DNA of 64,000 bases, taken from assembly GCA_001662655.1 (NCBI GenBank), contig KV460259.1; one strand, written 5' to 3'. The position numbers and the translations under genes were made by a program. This DNA is from Pseudogymnoascus verrucosus. Its lineage: Eukaryota. Below the pieces are notes generated by a model that saw only the letters and a list, made by a program, of their open reading frames with translations, was not told where the DNA came from and did no database searches. Numbering within the stretch: the stretch's first letter is position 1; the number at the start of each line of letters is the position of its first letter. Of this stretch, positions 37,485 to 49,793 are shown piece by piece.

Positions 37485-39020
37485 CTTGTCAGAGGCCAAG
37501 ACAGGATATCAGGTTGTCCTGAGAACGAAGTCAGTCACTGTTCATATAAAAGGCGAGGTAGGACATGGACCATAAGGATGGAGTCTGAGTGAGATAAAAG
37601 TTGGGGGACTGACCTGAGTGATGATGTTGATGATATGGGTCCAAATAGACCGAGACGGTCGTTCTGAGAAGGCCGGAGGCTGAAGCTGGTCAGATATTTG
37701 AAACTTGGCAACCGAAATCAAAGAATTTGAAAATATGAAGGTGTAATGATGAATGCTGTTGCTGTGTTCTGAGAAGACGGATATGGTTGGATATGAATGA
37801 AGTATGGATAAGAGGGCAGCCCGAGGTCATACAGGTTATATGAAGTTGAGTGCCTGATATTGCCAAAGGGTCGGTGAACTCCAGTTGTAGACTTCTGATC
37901 AACCTGAGGTTCAACTTGAGAACCAATAGTGCATTGAGTGAGCTGTAGGAACTGTGCAGAAGGCCGGGACTGATTCAGATCATGGAAGGATAAATGAGAG
38001 GTAGATGACCAGGTTGGGTTACATGTTTGGAGGAAGAAGATGAGACGACCCAATGGAATAGAAGACTTACCAAGACGGACAAAGTGGGCAGCTTGAAGCT
38101 CTGTATATTAGTTAGTGATGAAATAGGCATTCAGAGATACGAATCTTACCTGAACAATGAGTGGAGGTGAGCCACGATCCAAAGTGTGTACTCGTATCAG
38201 CGAGTTTTGGTGATTGTGCCGAGTTGTGGTTGTGAAGGAAGCGGAAGCCAGAGGAAGTTCACGTCAGTGGTAAATAGCAACCACGACCCACGCTAGCGCC
38301 CCTTAACCAGTTCACTTCTGTTGACGCTGGGCAATAGTTAGTTAAAGTTTGGGCGTTAAGACGGGTTCCTGGGAGCTGAGGCGCTCAACTTCTCGATGTC
38401 AAAAATTGAAACCCCACATACCCCAACATCCAAGACCACACCCACACTTGTAGGAGCCCAAGAACAAAGCAGTGAATACATATAGTCGAGAATGGCGAAC
38501 TTTGAATGAAGCAGATGATTCACAATCTTCTCTCCACCTCATACCTCGGAAAACAACTACGATTTATACATACAAAGAACAGAACATAAACTACCTCGGA
38601 TTGTACCAACGTAGTGGATACCACTATAGGTTCATTCATTCCAGTAACAAGGAGAGAATGTTTTCACAAGAGATGCTCTGAGGTTGTAGGCTTATACTTG
38701 ACTTTGGTGGATTTATTGAACACCTATAATGATGGCGTTGGTATGGAATGTTGAAGAAGTATACATCACAGCATCTGAAGGTAACATGTAGAAAGGTTGA
38801 ATATGATTACTATCTCAGAATTATGAAATAGGCAATAATGAATACTTGAATACATACAACTATGGTATACTATTCATCTCAGATGTGGAGTGGTTATTTT
38901 TGGCAACATCACAAGAAATTTGAAGGCTTCAAGGCCACAGGCCGCAAACTGATGTCATATCCCCTGAATTTTAGACAAGAACGTACAATAATAAAAACAT
39001 AAGGAAATAAAACGATTGGG

Positions 39021-39147
39021 TGCCCTCAGATCAGCTCTCAAGTTCTCACTGCCAACACTTGCTGGTTCTGCTCCTGTTGATACAAGAGCAGGTCAGTAGG
39101 TTGGCCTGCAATTTTGGCTTTTTGGACACATTGGTCATCACCGGGCA
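39021..39147 (-). ncRNA. Candidate box C/D snoRNA, intronic
   Basis: Terminal stem TGCCC/GGGCA, C box GTGATGA, D' CTGA, a 10-bp internal hairpin (CTGCTCTTGT-ATCA-ACAGGAGCAG), C'-like GTGAGAA and D box CTGA. Confidence 0.6.
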
Positions 39148-39840
39148 AAGAAACGCGCATTCCCACCTAACCACCAACAATCTGAGGAAGCATGTCGTGC
39201 TGCGAAATCGAATAATGAAATCTAACGTGCATATCAGTACGAGGAAAGTGGGCACAAAGTTGCTGATTGCAATCATACCAGGTAGCTCCGATTGAAAACT
39301 ATAACGCCTTCATCGGCCTGTCGATCAAGAGATGTGGCCAGAATATCAGCCCCCAACCCCCATTAGAAGCTTACAAACCGACATTGATCCCACTTGGAAC
39401 CACAGGCTCTCAGGACGTTGCAAAATGTCGTCCTTGCCACCCTATTCCCCATCTCAATCGCAGCATCAAACGTGCCCAATCCCAGACTGCGTGGTATGGC
39501 AGGGCAGCACGGCAGCCCAGCTAAGATTTCTGTTCCTAGCTTGCGCATCCCTAATCAACTGTTCACACAGTGACTAGGTAGCATTACGAGGTGAGTTTGT
39601 CGTCACTGCTGGGTTGCTTGGAGAGTATGTTGAAGGAGTAGGAGAGTCGACGTTGGGAATCGCGTGTATATTGAGATAAACGCGACAAACGCACTAGTCC
39701 TGATTTGTAAAATTCAACCGCAGCCTGACGACCTTGGGCCATCTAACGGAAGCTCACGACAACGAACTCTGCATCACCACCACAATAGCGTTTGACCCAG
39801 CTCCTGTTCAATTGTCAGAAGCTGACCTCCAACCGCCATC

Positions 39841-40621
39841 ATGGTAAGTCGGATTGCGATTCCCACTCTCCCAGCACCACTAACGTCCACAGGCGCGCAA
39901 TTCAGAAAAGGCGCAGTCCATGCTCTTCCGCTTCCGCGAAGCCCAAGCCGCAGATCTCGGAATCCTCGATGCAGGCCGCTCGCGGCGCCCGAAGCTAATC
40001 ACCTCCGAAACTTCTATTCCCTCATGCGAGAAGTGGCGTGGACAAGTGCTGAAGGAGATCTCGCGGAAGGTCTCGAAGATCCAAGACCAGGCGCTGAGCG
40101 ACTTCATGATCCGCGACTTGAACGATGAGATCAACAAGGCTATGCGGGAGAAACACATGTGGGAGGTGCAGATTCGGAATCTGGGAGGGCCGAACTACAT
40201 GAGGAGTGCGAAGGTTTATGATGAGGCTGGTCGGGAAATACAAGGTGCTGGGAAGGGGTACAGGTATTTTGGACGAGCAAAGGAGTTACCGGGTGTCAAA
40301 GAGCTCTTTGAGGCGCAGTCGAAGCCGAAAGAAGAAAAGCCGTTGGAGAGTCGTGCGGATCTGAGGAAACAAGTCGATGCGGCGTATTATGGGTACAATC
40401 TGGATGAAGAAGATGGAACATTACTCGATTACGAACTATTCAAGGAGAAGGAGGCGTTTGATAATCTTCTTAAGCAGGGGAATGGAGAGGTTCCAGAAGG
40501 TTGGGAGCCACTTCCCGGGGATAAGGGTGATGGTGAGGGCTGGAGGCTGCCGACACTGGACCAAGTACAAGAGGAACTGGTTGAAAGGAGACGAAAGAGG
40601 TTACTGGACAAGCTGGGATAA
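39841..40621 (+). CDS. ISY1: Pre-mRNA splicing factor Isy1 (NTC component)
   Basis: ATG|intron 39844-39892|ARNSEKAQSMLFRF; motifs IRDLNDEINK, LGGPNY, GYRYFGRAKELPGVKELF and YYGY. Confidence 0.96.
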
Positions 40622-42086
40622 CCTTTGAATGGCCTATGTACAGTATGTGTTGCAGGCAAGGAAAATGTTTTAGTATTTCAGACGGGATTGTAAGCAAATA
40701 TACCACTTCAGAAGAATATACCTGGTCGTGAACAATGTTACTTGGAGAGGGTTAAATTGCCTTTATATTAGGAAACGTTTCCACGTGTAGGAAGGAGTCT
40801 AATCGCCGGTTCTGTCGTTTCAATTGCCCGAAGAACAAGATATAGCTTCGTATGTGGTGCGGTAGCTTGTCTTAGCAAGCATTATGAAGCTTAATTCCCA
40901 CTCACATGGCGTCCAGGGACAAATTGAAGCATTTCGCCATCCCGCCCTCCAATTATACGGCCGCCAATTATATTTCGCCCATACAATAACCCACTTACCG
41001 CGGTCGATCCACAAAATTTCTATCACAATTTTTGTTGATCTGTCACTTATAAAACGACGACGGTCTCGATAACCTGACCCGCTATAAAACATGTCACGAC
41101 GACGCCGGAACATGCAGGTCGCTTGCCCCGGGCCTTGCCCGTGAGATGAGGCCCACGATTGGTCGCGGCGATCCATAACACACGGCTCAAACAAAATCTT
41201 GCTGTGGAGTGACCTGCCGTTCTGCATGCATACTGTATCGGGCTATCTCACCGGCCACTCTCGTCCAACTCATTTCCTTCGGACATCCACAGCACATCCA
41301 CAATCGTCTTGTTTGCATCGCTCCTCAGCGCCGTCCTGGGCGCCATCTGTCACACGCTATCATCCCGAGCTATGCGCACTGTGGCCAGGAATGGGCCATA
41401 CGTCGTCCCATAGGTGTAACGGCCAAGCTCGCTCACATAAAAAACATGGCACGAAATGCCGATCATGATCGCGATTGCTCCAACCAATTCTCGCCAGCTT
41501 TGTGAGTCGTCGCACTGCGTGGCGTTGTGCTATCTGGTCCGCTGGCAGTCTGTGGCGCTGGAGAAAATTAAAACGCTGTCGTGGTCGCTTCTGGCCACGA
41601 AAACGGTGTTTCCTTAGAGACTCCTGGTGACCATAACCGTGACAGCCACACTGACTCGGGTGTTTTTGTTCCCGCTGGTGGAGAGAACTGAGGATGAAAT
41701 AGTTTGTTGATTGGGCATGCGGCATTGCCCCTGTCTAGCTGATATGATATTCTGCATGTTTCGCGATTGTGGCATAGTTATTCTTGTACCACCCGCCTCG
41801 GCCTTGTCCAACTAGCACAAAGGAGGGGTAGTGGTGCTTGTGCCTTACTTGCTAAGTGGGTGCGCTTTGCCAGTAACCTCATCCCGTCATCCCGTCTAAA
41901 CGATAAGATGAGCCTTTGAAAATCACCGGGTCTTCGGCGACCACCAGGGTGACGGGCTGCATGTTCTGGCTACACTATGTCATTTGTCTGCAATCATAAA
42001 GAGATCTAACACTCCTTCCACCGCACAACTATACACCAGTCCGCCCTGGCTCATGCCTGTCGCATCCAGATAGTCAGTTACTCAAT

Positions 42087-43549
42087 ATGAGCGACGATGG
42101 AGCTTACGCCTCCAAATCTCCAACTTGGATGACGGCGGGTGCAGCGGCAGAGGGTTATCCTCCGAAAGGGTCCTCTCCGAAAGACTCTTCTAGAAAAAGA
42201 TTATCTCCAAAGGGCTACTCCCCGAAAGGCTCTTCTCCAAAAGGTTACTCTCCAAAACCCGGATCGGAACATGAGCGCACCTCGCACTCTCCACCGTCAA
42301 TCTACAACATCCCCCTTGCGGGTTCACCGGGCGCCGATGCGCCTACAGCTGAAGAGCAGGCTGCCGCAGACGAAGATGCGGCTGAAGCGCCAGTTCAGGC
42401 TGAGAACGGAATCGCGATTGACAGCGACCAGGGCTCCTTCTTCGATGATGGTTACGAGACGGACTCAAACCCATCTATTTCGACGTCCCTCGCGAGCAGC
42501 ATGCGTAATTATAAGTTCGAGAATGGGCGTCGCTATCACCGTTTTCGGGAGGGCAGATACAATTTCCCGAATGATGAGATGGAGCAGGATCGCGAGGACC
42601 TAAAACACGCGTTGGTAGTGAAGCTGTGCCAGACGTATTATTTTGCGCCTATTCATCATAACATGCAGTATGTTGCTGCTCCGTTTCTGATATTATCAGT
42701 CTTATGGGGGTACTACGCTAACAGCCGCCCAGAAATATTTTAGACATGGGAACAGGGACAGGCATCTGGGCGATTGAGGGTAAGACCTTCGATGTACCGC
42801 AAGAGACGAGTAACTAACGAGTGCAGTGGGCGACCAACATCCCGAAGCCACCGTCCTCGGGGTGGACCTTTCCCCGATCCAGCCCGAATGGGTACCACCA
42901 AACGTGAAGTTTATGGTCGACGACATCGAGAGCCCCTGGATCCATCCCCCTAATCACTTCGATCTCATACACTCACGGCACATCGTCATGGCTGTCAAAG
43001 ACTGGCCCCGCCTGCTCCAAAACGCCTACAGGTGCGACCCCCACTGGCTCTCGCCCCCATCCCATCGCTAACAAAATATCCAACAGACATCTCAAACCTG
43101 GTGGTTGGATTGAGCTGCAGGAGATCCACCATTTCCCCCAGTCGCCCTCCGATACCCCCCTACCGGCCGATCTCCCCCTTGTCCAGTTCTGGGACCTCGT
43201 CGCACAAGGTCTCGACAACTTGGGCGTCGATTTCAAGCGCACCCTCTCCCTTGCATCCATGGTGCGCGACTGTGGCTACGCCAACGTGACGGAGCGCGTC
43301 TTCCACGTGCCAATCGGGACGTGGCCCAAGAACCGCACGCTGAAGGAGTGCGGATTATACTGGAAAACTGTACTTATGGAAGGGCTGAGCCCGATCGCGC
43401 TGGGCCCGTTTACGCGAGGATTGGGCTGGTCGCAGGCACAGGTTGAGGCGTTCCTGGTGGGAGTGCGGCAGTGCATGAAGGAGGGGAAGGATAATGCGTT
43501 CATGCCTATGCATATCATCTATGCGCAGAGGCCGTGGGATGATGTGTGA
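42087..43549 (+). CDS. LaeA-like class I SAM-dependent methyltransferase (4 exons)
   Basis: ENGRRYH, PNDEMEQDREDL.H, spliced ILDMGTGTGIWA motif I, GVDLSPIQP..VPPNVKF.VDD, LKPGGWIE and PIGTWPK. Confidence 0.92.
42150..42260 (+). repeat. Degenerate 15-bp coding tandem repeat encoding (G/K)-(Y/S)-S-P-K units
   Basis: Translation GYPPKGSSPKDSSRKRLSPKGYSPKGSSPKGYSPKP. Confidence 0.8.
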
Positions 43550-45972
43550 CTGGGCTATGAACGGGGTGTATCAATTTTTTCCGATCGACGCTGTGAAACA
43601 TAAATTGGGAGCTGGGAAAGGAGGGGTGTACAGATCAAGGGGTTATGAAGTGATAGGGGTAAAGTGCGGGTGCACAGCGTTCGGAATGGTTTGGATCACG
43701 GCAATGGTGCATTCCTCGGCGGCAGGGTGAGGGCAGTGAGCATGCAAGTAGCCATTGAAGCAGACATGGTTGGTAGCGATGACAGGTCTCGGACCGAGAG
43801 CGATCCCTTACGTCCCGACCGCGCAAGGCATGTCGGGTGATGCTCATACGGGAAATCGGGTGATACAGTGACGACGGGAGATGCGCCAACTATCCTCAAA
43901 TCCGTCATACCAGAGCCAGCAAATACCGCATGGGAAGCCAAAGACATGCAGAATGGGTTTCATCGGGGGACCGACGTAGCCATAATACCCCTCAAAGAAT
44001 AGAATTCCTTTTGAAGCCAAATTGTTTCAAGGCTCGAAAACACATGATAATTCCAACATGGCCAAGTGGCTTGGTTAATGCCTTCGCTTTGTCTTTTTAT
44101 CCATTTGCAACTGCCGATTCACCACTTTCGTAGATAAACAGCTCAAATGGCAAGTAAACCCCCCGTGCCCCACTAGACCACCATCTCCGGCGACGGGCCG
44201 TCCGCCCCGCGCACCCAGAGTCATATGGCCTTGAAATTGACGTTCTAGTGGGGTCTAGCAGGGGTTATTGCAGCAGCGCTAAGGATACTGGACGCGAGCA
44301 CATCTCCCAAAGAGCGTATTTTCTCCGACCGACAAGATCCCACACACGCGATGCTCCCCCGTGCAGAGCCGTCACGCGCATGGCGAGAATCCGTCGGGAT
44401 CCCATCGCGTAGGCGCAGCGAAAGCTCGTAGCCGTAATTGTTCAGCTGGGAGACTGAGACGTGACACTGCTTCATGGCATTCCGAGTATTGGGTGTCCCA
44501 AGGCTGGTCGTTACACCGCTGCGGAAGAATGTTTCACGGACATGTAGCCTGTGGGGTTGGAGATGGAGGTGGGCAACCGATAGGCGGTTCGTCCTGTGGA
44601 TAGCCACGGCGTCGATTTGCGACGTCAGCAGTTGGAGCGAACATAGTTAGCCCCCGTCACCCACGATGGTGGTGATGGGAGGGGTATAGGACACATCTTG
44701 CCTCATTCGTGCCACACAACACGGCATAGATCCAAACCGTAGTATGGGTTCGATGCCATACAATAATGCCGCATGAGGGGGCGTGTCGTCGTTGCGGCGT
44801 CGGAGAGTGGTAGGTTTCTGCTAACGATACCACCATCTGCAAGGCCTTCATGCAAGTAACCAGGGAATGAGCCGCTGGGTCTGTGCCGCCCAATTGAACA
44901 TTGCCAATCTATCGTGGTAGTTTCACGCGTTTTCGCTGGGACCAAGTCTGAAATATGCACACCTGACGTGCTTCAATGAGAAGTGTGGAGATACAGTGGG
45001 ATTTTGCATCCCAGTGATTGTATTGCTGGGTCGGTCTGGTTGTGGGTGAATGCATATCTTGGAAAATGATGGCTGGTATCGCCGGAAATGGAACATCCCA
45101 AATGCGCAGGAATGGTGTGAGGTGAGGTTTCTGGGACCATGGATCTGGTTCCTGCAAGATGTGTGGATTAAAGGCAGGTCCACGAGGACAGCTGAGAGGT
45201 ATAATGACCTTCACGTTGACTGTTTTTGTGGCGTCGACGTTAGGAAGGAAACATCGATTTGTCAAAAGCAATGCGGGAATGTTCTTGCTGAGACTCTGTG
45301 TTGCGTTATTCGTATGGAACTGCACAGGAATGGGGTAGGAAGTCGTCAAATTCGGGGATATCGAGATGTCAAAGCGTATAGCCCGAGATGGGATATCTCC
45401 AAATGGGAATCTCTGGCCGCAGAAAGAGGAATGCCATCTCTGTCCCTGTCGATACGTTGATTCCAGCTACGTGGTGGTGTAGCCCTGGTGAAGTTCCTTG
45501 TCTTGTTGCTATCTTTATTGTAATATTATAATTATACTACAGCCGACGTGCCGATTGATGCACGGGGACAACGCCAGTCAATCTGCTCCGAACAACCCGA
45601 CCAACTCCGAAACTGCACGTCTAATCTCCTCTACAGCCGTTCTGTGCTTGTTGACTTCGGCCCCCCACCCTTCCTTTGCTTCCCCAACCTCCCGTTGGAC
45701 CCTGCGTTGCTTCCGATCTAGTAGCTTGATTAGCTGCATCCACTTCCTCACCCCTACAACTTCCACACCTTCCACTTGTTCCCTCTATTAACCCTAATTC
45801 TCGCCATCAGACAGGCGCTTCAAGTTATTTAACTTTAGAGTTCCGCTACTCCACTCCAGATCCAGGGAATATCAGCACTATAAATCCCAAACTCCAAGCT
45901 CCTTGCCTACGCTGTCGTGGGCCGTGTACGACCTTATCGTCGTTACCGATCTCCTGGGACGACGTCTCCACA

Positions 45973-47922
45973 ATGGGCGCCACAGAGAACATCACCGGTT
46001 CTCCGGTCGACGATGTCATTCGACCTATCGATACAGTTGTCACCGACGACAATGTAAACGTGAATAGTCATGTTGACTCCCACGAAGGCACGAATGGCAA
46101 TGTCAAGGTCAACATCACCAATGGTCACGTGGAAGACCTACCTGTGGACAACACTTCCCTTCTGGTCAAGCTTTCTCAGACCATTGCCCGTGAGACCGAG
46201 AAGGTCGATGCATACTTCCGCGAAAACTCCATCCCCGCTCCTAGCTTTGAGGCCGATGGGCCCTCTGACTATCCCGCTCTTCCCGACGAGATCCAGAAAG
46301 CGAGAATGGCGGTCATCAAAGCGGCTGCGGATCTGAAGGACTTGATGGTTGGACCCAAAGAGTCTGTGAGATGGATGGCCTGGGATGTGAGTCTTCCGTA
46401 GCCTTTGGATTCTCCAAAATGAAGCGTCTCTAATAGCACGCGATAGCATAATAATTCCTTGTCATTAAGGGCTGTGAGCCAGTTCAAGCTCGGTAGGTGC
46501 CAACATCACACAATTGGGAATACAAATTCTGACATAGCACGCAGCAAATGCTTTCCCAGTCGGATCAACGGCAACTTTCGCAGAGCTCGCCAAGGTTGCT
46601 AACGTCGACGAAATGAACACTCGCAGACTCCTCCGCCACGCCATGACAAACCGCATTTTCAAAGAGGTCAGCCCCGGAGTCGTGGCACACACCGCGGCTA
46701 GCAAAACCCTTGCTCAGGACGATCTTCTTCAAGACTGGGTTGGATATTGCGTCCAAGACTTATGGCCTGTGAGTACCAAATTCGTATCCGAACTCTCACC
46801 TGCTAACGTATCCAAGTCCGCCGTTGGAACCCTCGAAGCTTTGACCCGCTTCCCAGGTTCGCAGGAGGATACTCAGACCGGCTTCCAGGTCGCCTTTGAT
46901 CTTGTTGACAAAGAGTCCATGTTCACTGCCTTGGGCAAAGACCCTGCCCGCGGAAGACAGTTCCATCGCGCCATGGGCTCTTTGGCGAATGGTGCTGGCT
47001 ATGAGGTCGAGTACTTCGTCGATAACTATGACTGGAAATCCATCAACGAGAATGCTGGAACCGTTGTCGATGTCGGAGGTAGCCACGGCTTCGTCTCCGT
47101 AGCCATCGCTAAGAAATTCGACAAGATCAAGTTCATCGTCGAGGATCTCCCAAAGGCTCTTGCAACAGCGCCGAAATTTGAAGGCGACCTCGCCGAGAGA
47201 ATTACCTTCAAGGACTATGACTACTTCACCCCTCAGCCCGTAAAGGGAGCGGATGGTATGTCCTGACCCATCCAACCAAGCTGTCGGCGCCAGTAGGCTA
47301 ATTTTTAACCTCTCGCAGTATACTTCTACCGCTGGATTATCCACAACACATCCGACAAGTACGCAATCAAAATCCTGCAATCTCTCGTTCACGGCCTCAA
47401 GAAGGGAGCTCGCATTGTCATCAATGACCACTGCCTCCCCGAGCCAAACACTGAGAACCCGTGGGACGAGAAAATCATCCGGTAAGTAGGCTATGTGGCT
47501 CGTTCGTGGAATATACAACTCCATCTACTCCTCCACCACCTTGAATCTTAAACAGCAAACAATGATGAACATTACTGATGTAGTACAGCACGATGGACCT
47601 GGTCATGCTCACTCTGATCAACGCCCAAGAACGCTCGAAGGAGGAGTTCGAGACGCTCTTCCGTACAGCAAACCCCAACTACCGCTTCCTAGGCGTGACG
47701 CGACCAGCCGGTTGCCGTATGAGCATTGTTGAGGCTGTCTGGGAGGGTGAGGACTATGATGGTGCAGTCGATGCGGAGACGGTCGCAGTTGAGGCCGAAT
47801 CTGAAGCTGCGCGCAGCGCAGAGAAGGCCGAGACTGAAGCTTCATCTGGCAATGTAGAGAACACTATTGAGATTGTTGACGCTCAGGTTGCCAATAACGT
47901 TGAGGCTGTGGCCGCGAATTGA
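45973..47922 (+). CDS. O-methyltransferase (Methyltransf_2, secondary-metabolism type), about 6 exons
   Basis: RRLLRHAMTNRIF.E...VAHTAAS, VVDVGGSHG, YFTPQPVKGAD, RWIIHN..D, MDLVMLTLINAQERS. Confidence 0.92.
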
Positions 47923-48553
47923 GGGTTAAGGGTGGCCGGTATTGGAACTCGGTTCTCGACTTTGGTTCGTGCCAGAAAAGCGGCATTATAAGTTGGAGCG
48001 ATTGGATTTTACACTTTATTTGGTAGTCTGCTCTTTAACGCATAGTTAGACAGAAAATCGTTGCCTAATTCTAGAGATAGGATTCATAATACATGCATCA
48101 ATTGAGAAGAGTGATGGGATCGTTCTCTCACGAGGGCATCACATTGTGGCGTAAACACATTTTTTCCGCATAGCCCCATCCAAGTAGTATTTCTTTATCT
48201 CTGTAAACAGCCGCAGCATCAGATATTGCAAATTCTTAGGCTAACACCTAAAATTAGTGTTTGCTGGTGGTACACATCGATGGGTGATCGTATGCTCAAT
48301 CAATTGGGTGCAGCTACCGGGATCTGGAAGTCTGCACTCCGTATAAACAGGAACATTATTAATCATATATCCTCTGTAAAGAATATTATTCGTAATAGCA
48401 CCTCACTAAAAGCTATCAACGTAGATACCCAAAAAGAAGCAAGCGCCAAGGTAGTCGTCTGCTTCCCACGCGCTTATCGCGATATGCCGCTCCCGCATGG
48501 TGGGGCGCCCTCAATTGTAGCCGCGTCCACCCCCACCTTCACCTCTCCACGTC

Positions 48554-49494
48554 ATGCACCTCCCACGACAATTATCACACCGCGTAATCTACAGTTCTAT
48601 TCTCCTTCGCCCTTGTAGACCTCGGAGTTTCCATACTACAATGTCTCTCTCCCTCGCGAAGGTCGTCAAGACTGAACCTCTGGTAAACAAACTTGCCTAA
48701 AATAGTCCCCAGCGCCGGACTGATCCACTGATTCCCGTTACTAGCCAGAGGCAGAAGCGGCTTGGACGAAGCTTGTAAAGTATGTGGTTTATGTTACGTT
48801 TATGAGGGGTGGTGCTAATGAGTAAGGTCTACCTACACAGACCCAAAGGGCAGGAGTCGGACATGGGAGCACGCGGAACGGAGGACGCGACCTAAGGGGT
48901 CTGATATTGACGGCGTGGGAATCCTTGCTATCCTCGAAAAGTCGACAGGTGAGTTATTTACGCGTTCAACCCGTCGCGGAGATTTTCGGGCGGTTCACGG
49001 TACTAACAGTCGTAGGACCGGAGATCTTGCTCCAGAAGCAGTTCAGGCCGCCCCTGGATAAGGTTGTCATTGAGGTTCCAGCAGGCCTGGTTGATGCGGG
49101 TGAGACGGCGGAGGAAGCTGCAGTGCGGGAGCTGAAGGAGGAGACGGGATATGTCGGAACTGTGTCGGAGACCTCGCCTGTGATGTTCAATGGTACCATC
49201 ACCAACACCCCTCCGAGCATTTTCTCGAAAGACTAATCATCTCCAACAGATCCCGGTTTCTGCAACACAAACCTGCGCATGGTCCACGTTGTGGTGGACC
49301 TCTCGCTGCCTGAGAACCAGCCTGACGGGCTTAAACCGGAGCTGGAGGAGAATGAGTTCATTGAGACGTTTTCTGTTCCACTGGCGACGTTTTGGGCGGA
49401 GTGTAAAAGGTTGGAAGCAGAGGGGTATGCGATTGATGCGCGTGTTGGGACGCTAGCTGAGGGGATCGAGGTGGCCAAGAGGTGGAAGCTATGA
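48554..49494 (+). CDS. YSA1: ADP-ribose pyrophosphatase (Nudix), multi-exon; alternative start at 48641
   Basis: Nudix box [56 protein letters not shown] and IDARV. Confidence 0.9.
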
Positions 49495-49793
49495 CAGGGG
49501 AATTGCCTAGGCTGCCAACCCCGGTCATCTAGCACCAAGGGGGCCTCGCGTTCTAGATCATTGAGGTTATATCACGCCATCTTCTCATTTAGATTACTGT
49601 GAAAAGATAGAATATAGGCTTTGATAACACGTGACATGGCACAAGATCGAAGCTCGGCATGTCAGCAACTTGTGCGGGGTAGTGAGGGGTCCACGATATC
49701 GCGACATTATGAGTAAGACTCATAATAAGGTAAGAACATCTCATATATTCAATTGCTTTGATTGTCATACCTCGTATAATAGCCGATCCCACA

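Noticed and set aside
37743..37772. ATGATGA...CTGA on the plus strand
   Set aside because: Boxes are only about 17 nt apart, too short for a C/D snoRNA.
39233..39250. TCAGTACGAGGAAAG resembling the sarcin-ricin loop or RNase P motif
   Set aside because: Match is imperfect, flanks do not fit, and it coincides with the branch region of a minus-strand intron.
44740..44762. B-box/T-arm-like GGTTCGATGCC hairpin
   Set aside because: No acceptor stem, D arm or anticodon arm can be built, so it is not a tRNA.
45789..45797. TAACCCTAA, matching the Pezizomycotina telomerase RNA template
   Set aside because: A single 9-mer is expected by chance in 64 kb, and a roughly 2-kb telomerase RNA starting here would run through the O-methyltransferase CDS.
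40820..45800. Many 60-150 aa ORFs in the intergenic gaps (40820-41811, 43635-45791) and at 51771-55853
   Set aside because: No domain signatures, many non-ATG starts and no convincing splice chains; treated as non-coding.
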